A DNA stretch of 58,016 bases, counting the filler, from Bipalium vagum (Eukaryota), in assembly GCA_037834085.1 (NCBI GenBank). It is 3 parts of 3 records of this genome, joined end to end, with 100 filler letters (N's around TTAATTAATTAA, not from the genome) between each part and the next. Parts side by side here need not be neighbours in the genome. Positions count along the whole stretch, not along the records: positions 39,207 to 58,016 come from JBBMKC010018619.1; 2 more parts are not named here. One strand, written 5' to 3'. Each line of letters opens with the position of its first letter. Position 1 is the first letter of the stretch. Below, in pieces: positions 47,049 to 58,016 of the stretch. The position numbers and the translations under genes are program-made. A model generated the notes under the pieces. The model was not told where the DNA came from. It was given only the letters and a program-made list of their open reading frames with translations, and did no database searches.

Positions 47049-48588
47049 CAGTGCTCCAACTAATTATTGCCGCACCTTGAAAATATTTAAATCTTGACTA
47101 ATTTAAATTGAAATAAACTTTTTTGATTATTGTATTATGTATGAAATATTTGTAAGATTTTAAAATAACTTTTGGCTGACTAATCAACTATTTACTTAAC
47201 ATAAAACTGATTTCTTATAATATATCAGATAATTAATTCCAACTAATTATTGCCGCACTAATTTAAAAGTGAAATTATTTAAATCTAATTATATAAATTA
47301 AACGTTTGAAGATTAAATATTAAATGTAAGTACTTCTGTCTGTCGAATACTAAGATTTTTAAAAAAGTTTATTTAGTAAGATGAGTAAAATTGCAAGATT
47401 AATCGACACCGAGACACTATGCCTACCACGACGCCGGAAAATCGAACAGATGGATTGGCACTAAGTTATGGAAGAATAAAAGTAGTATAAGATACTTTTT
47501 GAAGAATAAAAATAAAGAAAAGACACGGGGTTTTAAGGCGATGATTACCGCAGCAACGAAGTGTTCCATTATTAGCAATGCCAGCAAACAAAGAATATCC
47601 TGTGCGAAAATAAAAACACTATTCAACCTAAATTGGTCCGTAGAGAGTATTAGAAAGATTTTGAATAAATCTGGGACGATCCGGTATATGAACATGTTGG
47701 TAATACCCCCTTTGAAGCCACAACATGAAACCAATCGTATCTGCTGGGCTAAAGAGAAAATGTCCTGGGTAACAGAATGGGAAAAGGTCATCTGGAGTGA
47801 CGAGAAGTTTAATTTGGATGGACCTGACGGTTACGCATATTATTGGCACGATTTGCGGAAGGAGATATCTTTTACGAATAAACACACTGGAGGAGGTTCC
47901 TTGTTGATTTGGGGTTGTTTCAAGGAAATCGACTCTCGCGATTATTACCGACAGACAAAATCAATTTGATTATCAAATACTTTTAAGAGAACATATACTT
48001 CCCTTAATGAATGACTTTGGCGGAGACAAACCAATTTTTGAGCAGGATAATTGTCGATACCATGTTTCAGGTTCAACTTCCCAATGGCTTCAAGACAAAA
48101 ATATCAATTTTTTGTCTTGGCCGCCCTATTCACCAGACCTGAATCCCATAGGAAATCTTTGGATACTAACACGTCGGGTATATGCTAATGGGAAACAATA
48201 TGAATCGATTTCAGAGCTCAAACGAGAGGTAATTTGCTGTTGGGAAGAAATCGGTAACAGCTTCCTGTGAGCACTGGTAAACTTTATACCAAGTAGAATT
48301 TATGAAGTGATATATTCCCATGGAAGTTCAACTAAATATTAACAATCGAAAAATAATTCAAAATGTATTTTTTGATATGATATGTGCGGCAATAAAGTAT
48401 TGGTATTTTTTTTAGTTAATTTTTACTTTTTTAAAAATTTTTTTTCATTATATTTTTGTTTGTAAATATATATATTAATAGGATGGATATTTTGTTACAT
48501 TACTTATATATACATATTAATAACTTTGATAGCTTCTATATAAAAAATATGCATTTTCATAGTGCGACAATAATTGGTTGGGGCACCG
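47049..48588 (+). mobile_element. Tc3-like (DD34E) transposon with outer and inner terminal binding sites, transposase pseudogenised
   Basis: TA|CAGTGCTCCAACTAATTATTGCCGCAC ... GTGCGACAATAATTGGTTGGGGCACCG|TA. ORFs 47499-47969 and 48007-48270 carry WSDEKFNLDGPDG..YWHDLRKE, QDN and WPPYSPDLNPI(G)NLW. There are 34 residues between the second D and the E position, which is mutated to G. Confidence 0.93.
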
Positions 48589-48628
48589 TATTATAAATAC
48601 TGAACTTTTCATGTTGATAGTAAAGAAA

Positions 48629-49108
48629 TGGATATTAAATTAAAAAACAGCATGGTGATGAATGTTCCATCCGATCCAATTTTGTTTTTAAGAGAAAACA
48701 ATCTGTTATTACTATCAGGTAATTTTTAATACTTATGCTACCTTATTAATGTTTTTAGATAAATGCGATGGTTGTAGCAAAATATTCAAAGAATGCAAAT
48801 TAAAAGGATTGTGTTTCATGGCGCCGAGAGCCTATTCCAACTGTCTAAAGATGCTCACACCCAAAGAATTGAATGGATTTGAGGGAAACTGAAGACTAAG
48901 ATCGTGTCAATGAAGGGCGTCTTAGGAATCATATCTTTATAACTGGATAGGGCTTTCAAAATATTCAATCGAGGAATTGCCAATCAATTTTTATTTTAAT
49001 AAATTTGTAAAAAATCAAAAAATATTTGTTTGTTTTTCAAGTATCTTTTTTAGCCGATTGATTACATCAAGTATCTTTTTGACCGAGTCTGTCAAAAAAA
49101 CATGATCC
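48629..49108 (+). mobile_element. Merlin (IS1016-like) transposase remnant, internally deleted, with a short intron
   Basis: ILFLRENNLL..S|DKCDGC..(frameshift)..SWR resembles the Merlin N-terminal zinc ribbon. It is followed directly by HTQRIEWI*GKLKTKI..MKGV, similar to the Merlin HTQxIExxWxxxK motif. The GTAATT..TTTAG intron is at 48719-48758. Confidence 0.6.
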
Positions 49109-49218
49109 GAAACTTTTCTTACCATTGTTAGATTATCAAAAATTATTTTTATTATTAGTAATATTATTATGATTTTATTTGTAAATCAAAATTTCTTCTA
49201 AAATAGTGTTAAAATTAC

Positions 49219-52200
49219 CATCATTGTCATGGACAATTTGAAAATTCTTCACAGATGCCTGTGTAACTCTGCCGTGAAAGTTTAACACATAAGATTGTGT
49301 ATCTGAAAAATGAAAATCGAATATTAAAAATTATAATACTGACGTTTCAGAAAAAGGACAAATTACAAAAAAACACAGATTGAAATTCCCTAATTACATA
49401 AAGAATTTTTATTACTATGTTTACACAGCATGTAATACTAGTCTCGATTTTTACAGCTGATGCAGGTTGCGCTCATCAATTTTTTGTTTTTCATCTGCTA
49501 TCACATTACCCAGTGATGGAAAGAAAAATGTCACATTTAATATTCTGTCCTATGTGAGACAAACCTTATTTCTCTCTGTTCGTTTAGTAACAATTTTGTC
49601 ATGATATTAGATTCCAATGACAATTTCTGTTTCTTTCATTTATTACAATACTACCAGACAAAAATGACTTTCAAAAAAGACGATCTATGAATACACGTCT
49701 GTTTCTATTCGATAATTTTTACTAATATAAATTTACACCTGAAAATTTTTTTAATAAATCAATTTGCAAATAACTTATGTAAATCTATTTTTAAAAAATT
49801 GACGAAACTTAATTTAAACGACTTAGCAAAATATAAAAATATTTTTATTTTTACTTTTAAAATCGAATTTTTATCAAATATTAAAAGTAAGCTTATAAAT
49901 CAAACAATTAATAATAATAATAATAATAATTAGAGAAAATAATCAAAAATGGCACCATTTAAGTAACCATATATATTAAATTATGTTAGCAGAAACCACT
50001 TCAAAAAACGTCGCATTAATTAATGATAGAATGCTAAATTTTTCATCACAATTATCAGTATTGATGAACCTTAAACCTCAATAATGGTATTTTAAATTTT
50101 GAAGGTAATTTAAGTAAATAATACTAAACTTTTACGAAAATAGTGTCAGTTTTTAAAGAATGAAAATAAAAACCTCATAACTCAGGTAATAATGAACTTT
50201 GTTAATCAAAATAAAATCTATGAGATACAATGTTTTACTGTTAACGATTAACAAGTTTCGTTAACAAGATTTTGAATAAAACCATTTCTTTTGGACGTAA
50301 TGTTGTTTTCGACATGTTAGCGTGCGTAAATCTTGCCAAATAATTTTACCTTATCAATTGACCAATGCCGGAATTAAAAGTTTCAGTTTTTCATTCATTT
50401 CTTGAATATGTTGACACTGTTTCTTTTTCGTAATAGTTTCACCCGGATTTAAAAAGTTATGACGGATCAGACTTAACTTTTTGATGCAAAATTGATTTTT
50501 TAAAGTCCTTAGGAGCTTCATCATGGTCCAACCATTGTGCCAACCATCGAATCTATTTCTCCTGACATTTCACGATTCGATTGTGAAACAGGAAAAGAAA
50601 TGAAGAAGGTTTTTCACTGAACTTGTATGTGGTAAGGACTAAAAAGTATTTAGATTCTAACAGAAAAATTGAAGACACTTAAATAAAATTTTACATGCGA
50701 TTAGTTTAGATATTCTAATTCGTGTTTGCACTAAAGATTTTACCGGTGGTAAAAGTGCATCAATGTAAACAGCGCTTATGTCGAGAAATAATATCTATAA
50801 ATATAAACGTATTGTTAAAAAAAATTTCTGATTTCACTTTATTATTTCTGAGTAAAACCAAGTACTTTTTAGCCTTCACACGTGTGACATGCACTTATTC
50901 ATATTTTTTAGTTTTCGATTTGATTTAAATGACGAAATACTGTAGTATGGTTGATATTGAGTTAATCTGATATTTCTCTAGTAGTTGTTGAAGGATGGTA
51001 CATCTTTCAGGTGAAAACATTCGTACAAATGTTGCACCAAACAATAATTAATTTTTCTTTGGCTAAATGCCTTGTACTTAATTTTAATCTTTTCCGTGTT
51101 CCTTTAGGTCAACTAGGAAAATTATAAACAGTAATTACTTTTTGATATCATTTTGCATTAGTGTAATAGAAATGTGATAAATTTTAATGAATTTAAAAAT
51201 ATAAATTATCAAAATAAAATTTCTTTTTGATTTTTAGTCTAATATTTTTAATAGATTCTATAAAATATTAAATACTAAGTTATTTAGCAATCTTCGAGCA
51301 AGTGAAGTAACATTTGCTTCACTTTAGGAACTCTTAAAAATCAATAATGGTTAAATATATATACGATCAATAAGTTTGCCTGAAGAAATTAATTCAAAAG
51401 TTGTTAAATGTAAAATATTACATTAATTTATTCTATTTAATAACGATTTGAAAAATACATTCATTTTGTCTAACTTAATCATGTTACTGGATTTTAGTAA
51501 AATAAAAAACCAACGTTGACTAGAAACATGTATTTAGATCAAAGAAAATAAGGATGTCTTTGTTAAAAGAATCAAATCGTTTATCATTATGGAAATTAAG
51601 AAAAAATTCAGAATCTTTTAATAAATTCACAGAATCTAGACATTTTTCCACGTGCATTTTGAAAAAAATTAATTTTGGTTACTTTATTAAAACCTTTAGG
51701 AATGATATTCATATTTTACAAAGTTTCCTCTTTTTTTCTTCCTACATATTTCGTTTTTTAATTTAATTTTACAAAAATATTACTTATTTTATTGAATATT
51801 TTACTATTTAATACTATTAAATTTGATTCTCAAATTTATTAAAAACTAATAAAATATAAAAACTGCCAAAAAAATAATTCACTTATAAATATAAAAAAAT
51901 TATTTAATAAATTTGATTAACAAACTATACAATTTTAACATTCAATCAAGAATCTTTCAATTTATTAATTAAATTTAAGAAAAATGTAACAAAATTAATT
52001 TAATTAAATCAAGTTTTCGATATTTTATAAAACATTGATATTTCTAAATAAATATTACACGTTTATATTTTTATTATTAAGATTCTCAATAAAGAGAAAA
52101 TTATAAAAAAATCTCGAAAACAGAAAACAACTATAGATTTTTTGAAATTTGTGCAATTTTCTAGTCCTATGAAATATATAACACAATTTCATTGTTACTG

Positions 52201-55200
52201 GTAAAAATTAATCAATCTCCGAATATTTTATAATGGTTTGTACACCGGTCTTTTAAAACCAATATTTATATAACCTAAAAAATTCATTTCTACATAAGAA
52301 CCCTAGAAAGGAATAAGATCAGAAGCAGAAATTTGTTGCATTCTTGAGAATATCTGCAGCTAAATTTTATACCGTTGAAAAGATTGTAAAAAATACATGT
52401 ACATAAAAAGTAGAATGATTAATTGTAAAAAAAATGTAAGATCCAGAGATTCTGTAGCACATGATAATTTCAATTAGCTGAATTAATTGAAGTTTATATC
52501 GGATTTTTGACTTTCTTTTTTTTCTGGGTATTTTAGTTCTTTTTGTTAAAAATCGACTCTCGATATTTTATTTTAAGAAAACAAAATAAAGTTAAGTAAT
52601 AATTTGAATTATACATTTTTGCCAATAATGCGAGCTATACTCCTCAATTATTAATCGATATATTCAAACTAATCAGTATTAATTATATTATAATCTATTT
52701 AATAAATAGACTGTGAAAATTACCTTAATTTTTCAATGTCTTTTTCAATGTCTTTCTAGGGATTCAAAATTTTTTTATTAATATCACTATTAACAATTTT
52801 CAAATAAAATAATATTAGTAAGTAAAATGAAAAGAATTCAAACATAAATCTTGAGATAATTAGAACTTTTATTTAACCAAAAATTATTCTAGTTTTTATC
52901 AAAATATTAAAATCTATGCTTAAAATTAAAATAAGAGATTTCTGAAATCTTATAAAATCATTTTGAAATATATTCATTTAAAACAATAAATCAATTATTC
53001 CTTAGGAATTAACAAATTTTTTGTTGCATCTTTAATTTATTTACTAATTTGACAATCTAGAAACATTAAGAGCAAATAAATTTTCACTTTGATAAAAAAT
53101 TATAAATTTTTTTTCATGTAAATATAGTTAATTTTTTAATGAAAATTATTGATTAATTGAAAAAGGATATAATTCAATTATTGATTCTTTCAAAATGAAT
53201 TTTACGAAATTATTTTCGTCTGTGATTTATTTTCGATTATTTCATTTTTATTTATCTTTATTTTTTATTTCAAGTCGCGAGAATAAATGTTTTATAAACA
53301 ATTTCTGCTTTAACAATTTGTTCTCTTTCGTACATGTGTAACAGATGGTAAGTCTGTCATTTGTCTGATTAAGGTGAATAACAAGGTTGTTTAGATTAAA
53401 GGCTAAAATATCAATTTATTTTAACAAATAATTTTAAAATAAAAAATAGACAAAAGATAAAATTATCTTCAAAAAATTTTAACACTGTCAATCACTCGAA
53501 ATGGTAATTGATATTTTTATAATTATTTCTGATTTAAGAGTCTTAATGTTTTTATTGGTAATATCATATCAAAACAAAATCTAAGTCAAAATTATGGAGC
53601 TTTATAAATGGGGTTTTGACAATGAAAACTCTGAATAAATCTATTAATAAAATGGATTTAATCAGAAAATTTTAATCTCATTTTGATAAAAAATCAAACA
53701 AGTTTTTCAGTTTAAATATAAATTTAACAAAATATTCCTTATCCTAAATGATAATTTTTCTTCATTTCTAAACCTTTCGTTTTCTTATAACCTTATTATA
53801 AATTTATATTATTAAATATTCTAAGGAAACCGTAACAAATGAAATTCCAATTATGGAAGTTCTGAAATAAACAGTGATTTTATCATCAAAATTTCTCAAC
53901 CATGTTCTCTTAATCATTGCCCAATTACCAAGGTATCTGGTGATCTAGTGTCTTTTTAATGCTAACACTTATTTAAAAATTCTGGTCTCATTTTTCTATC
54001 TTTATCTTCATTCTTGTCTATTTCTGACAGTAGAAAATGAAATAGATAAAATATACCAAACTGGATATTATATCTATTTCCTCGAATTTTTGGACCAATG
54101 TAGATAAAGAAACATGGTTGATTTACATAAATATCATTAAACGTAAGCAGTGCAAAGGTTTACATTGAATTGTATTAATAAAAATAAAATTCCTATATAC
54201 ATCCAAATTTTTCAGAAATTTCTGCCTAAAAGAATAAGCTATTGAATTACTAAAATGTCGATTACTTAAACATTTAAGCATTTTATGAATAAATTTTATT
54301 TTATAACTCCTGATAAAATCTAATCAAACAGGCTATTATTTTAATTTTTATCATGTTTATCTTTGATGTAAAATATCAATGATTTTTTTAAAGTCAAACT
54401 GTCAATCAAAACAATTAAATTTATATTATAATACTATATAAATAATTTATATTTAAAATAAATATCTCCAAACAGTCACTAGGATTCATTGATATTAATT
54501 ATAGCACAAAAATATAATTAAAAACAATATTATAAATCAATTCAAAAATTTCATTTAAAAGATGAAATTGGATATTTCAATTCAGATTTTTCATGCAGTA
54601 AAGTCTTTTCATCACTAACTGATGTCCAAAAAATCTCTATTATAGAAATCAAAAATTTCATTCAATGAAAAGTTAATGATAGCGAATTATAATTCGCCAT
54701 TCTTCCAAATTAAAAATTAAAATTAATTAAAAAATAAAATAGACAATTTTTGAATTTATTTGTAATTTTCTGATTACAGATAAATATGATTCAGATAAGA
54801 CGATAAATAATTTAAACGAGAAGAATTATAATATTGTTGAATAAATTCCTTGGTCTGTTTTAAAAAAAAAACATGCCACCTTTAAAGGTTTAAATTTATT
54901 TTTTGACACAATAAAATGAAAGCTGTTTCTTATTTTTGTTCTCGAAACAGTTGAGATTATTTGATTAATCATTTGGAAAGAAGTACTTGTTAAATAATTT
55001 TTTGTACTTAATTAATGGTGATATAATGTATAAAAAATAAAATAAAATTCCAGGAAATCTAGAAATATTAAGTTATTCTCAATTTAAATAACGAACTAAT
55101 TGTAATATAAATGAGTGATATTAAGAAATTATTGTATTTAAAACTTAAAAACTTTCATCTGATTATTTTTATATTAAGAAAGAAGAATATAATTTTCAAG

Positions 55201-57193
55201 ATTGTAAATTCTTCATTTTTATAAATAATTATTATTTTTAGGATAGTGAATTTTTTCAAGAATATATTTTTCATATTTTAATTTATGGCCTTAGTGAGGA
55301 CAATAAAATGAATGTGAAAAATAAATTTAGAAAAAACTATAACAGAGCCAAATAGCTGATATCAAAAGTTATAATAACATTTTTAGGCATAGAAGAACTG
55401 TAGTTAGTTTAATAAATACGTTCTTTGAACTGCAGTTGAAAGAAAATCCAACCTTTGTTATTAGCAAGTTTCCTAAGTTTGGATTTCATCGACATTTACA
55501 CCTAATAAAACTCTGTAAATTAGCTCTGTTGTATCATCGCCAAAAATTTTAATTTGATGATACGCTAATGTGTATTATTTCATTTTGTCAAGAAAATAAC
55601 ATGAAAATTTTTGGATCGAATAATGATTGATGACTATATATAGACGATCTATAAAAAAATAAATACCACAGAAAACCAGTAAGGAAAAGGAACTTTTAAA
55701 TCAAGAAAAAAATATTCTCTTATATAGGATTTTTTTACTTGCAAGGAGGATATCAAATGATAATTTGTGAACTGTTATAATAAAAACAACATTAATCATT
55801 ATTAATAATATCACAAATCAGTACTTTTAAAAGTATATCTTTGTTTTAAAAAAATTCTAATTATACACCGAAAATTAGTAAAAATAAATGAGATTCAATG
55901 GAAGATAAAACTGTATCTGTATCTATTTAATTATCATTTTATTCTGAATTCTTTGACAATTCTCAGGTTAAGAAATACTAATACTTTAGAGGTCAAAATA
56001 ACAGTGGAAGACTTTTTCATCAATGACAACTTAATTCTTTGAAAACTGACAGAAATCAAAATGGAAGACAATTATGGATAATATAAAGAATATTTTCCAT
56101 TAAAACCTGTTTTCCAATTTCCTAAATTAAAAAAATATTCAAAGCTGAATTATTAACGGTTAGAGAATGACATTAGAATTGAATGAGAATTCACTTTACT
56201 TAGACTGGATAAGATTTAGATATAATGTTATAAATAAGTATTTTTTGAAAATAAGTATTTAATTGAATATTTCAAAATTTTTTACAAAAAAATCCATTAA
56301 CACATGACGATACTTATGATTTCCCATATCAAAAACTCAAAACGCTATTTCTTAGACAACTTAGAATAGCATTTAATTTTTTAAGAACGCCGATATATTA
56401 TAATTCCCTTGGTTATTTATAACCATCATTCAACTTTCCGATAAACGAATTATCTTTTCTTCAAAATCATTTAATAGTGCAAAGCTTCTTTTTACTACTG
56501 ACTACTGGAAAAAGGAAATGTCTCTTGAGTATTTCACATTTTCTTCAATTGGAATCAAAACCTCTACCAAGAAAATTATTTCAATAACTAAGATAAGTCT
56601 GCAGATACAATTCTAAGAAAAACGTTTGTTATTTTTTACAATTTAATTTCTTAATTTTCTTATTAAACTGTGATAGATTGAGAAATCATTTCCACAAAAA
56701 TTATAAATGTAAATATTATTAAAAATATTGTTAGCAAAAAATCAAAACAAGTTCTATAGAAGAAAAGCCAAATTTAAATGATTATGAAAACCCATTTAAG
56801 TTTGCAAATTGGAAATATCGATAATTAGGTAAACAATAAATCCATTATTACCTAATAATTTATTATAAGATTGAAATGAATTTTCTAAATTAAAATCAAT
56901 ATTCTATTTCTCTAAAACTTATCGCTTTATCACAGGTCGCAGAGGGAACATGCGATTATTTATAATCTATCATTGAGAACTAATAGGAAATCATTTAAAA
57001 TAATAACTCTTAATCAGTGTTTTCATATAAAATTTTCATAATATTTATTTATAAAGACATTTAAGTATTGTTGAACGAAATGAGCTGAATAACTGAAAAT
57101 CGTACCATCATTCCAAACTGGAGTTTTATTATGTAGTTCCAAAAGGTTTTGCATTTGCTTTTTCTTCCAACACTCGATTAGCCCATCTTCGTC
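49219..57193 (-). CDS. TUB: Tubby/TULP family protein, two internal exons of the C-terminal tubby domain
   Basis: Exon 57193-57106 encodes [29 protein letters not shown]. It joins through a phase-1 GT-AG intron to exon 49302-49219 encoding [28 protein letters not shown], the tubby signature. Neither exon is in the ORF track. Upstream exons are presumably right of the window; the final exon was not found. Confidence 0.92.
50250..50620 (-). mobile_element. Mariner transposase remnant in a Tubby intron
   Basis: Minus strand reads [40 protein letters not shown]. Confidence 0.65.
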
Positions 57194-57844
57194 CTTAATC
57201 AAAATTTATTATCAATTGATCAGTTAATTAAAATCTAAAAATAATTATTTCAAATATCAAGATGTGGTAATTTAAATAGTAGCTACGTAAGAAAACATTA
57301 AAATCTATTATAACTTGTCACCGACTCAAGAACGATTGATGTGATATTTTCACATATTAAAACTTCTTCATTTAACTAAACAAACTTGAACAATAGCACT
57401 TTCAAAATATAAAAACTTTATTCAAATTATACTATTATCTATTTTATTTCATAAAGTCATTAGAAAATTCATTTTTAAAACGATATTCATTTGTAGAAAA
57501 CTTGTTTCCCTAATCTTTTGATAGGTAATAAAATAAGAAATCAATATAGTAAAAAAATAACAATCTTTTACTTTGAAATATGCATTTTAATATTAAAGAA
57601 ACTTTAAATTATTGTTAAATTGAATATCAATTAGTCCTTATTATTATTAATTTTTAAGAATTTCTCTTTTTGAAAATTAAAAGAATGAAGAATCAATAAT
57701 AAAGCTAACTCAGTTTCAAAAAGAAAAATTCTGCCTTTTATAAAAAGAGTAACATATAAATCCCAAAGAAACTTTGAAAATCCAAGAAATTTAAATGATT
57801 AATTAAGAATTTCAAATGGAATTTGAAAGATATATAAATATATA

Positions 57845-57920
57845 CAGTCAAACCCGCTTAATATCACATTGCTTTTTGAACACAATTCCAATGATATAAA
57901 CCGCTGTTGATATTAGACGG
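57845..57920 (+). mobile_element. Terminus of a pogo/Tigger-like element or MITE
   Basis: TA|CAGTCAAACCCGCTTAATATCA is followed by inverted sub-terminal copies TGATATAAACCG and TGATATTAGACGG. No partner end in the window. Confidence 0.5.
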
Positions 57921-58016
57921 AGATCTTTTTTTTAATTATGTAACACCTTAATAAATACATTCCATAACAAATTCAATTTATTTAAATAAGCGCAAAACTA
58001 ACAAGCATTTTTATAA

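Overview
Very AT-rich animal genomic DNA, not prokaryotic. It has GT-AG introns of two size classes (41-62 bp, and multi-kb TE-filled), (AAT)n microsatellites and two 100-bp assembly gaps with a TTAATTAATTAA spacer. An invertebrate such as a flatworm is plausible but is only an inference. Four spliced genes, mostly missed or fragmented by the ORF track, were reconstructed by hand: (1) a class-I DYRK (DYRK1/minibrain) kinase, 5 exons, minus strand, both ends not located; (2) a 7-exon YTHDF-type m6A reader on the plus strand; (3) a Schnurri-like C2H2 zinc-finger gene, 3' part, minus strand; (4) two exons of a Tubby/TULP gene, minus strand. An intact, intronless 1005-aa ORF of unrecognised family (42266-45283) appears to lie inside the last Tubby intron. 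The introns hold many dead elements: two TIR-bounded Tc3-like DD34E copies, several mariner DD34D copies, an intron-bearing Merlin remnant interrupted by a Tc3-like copy, and BEL/Pao and gypsy fragments. All homology calls come from recalled motifs; no searches were run.
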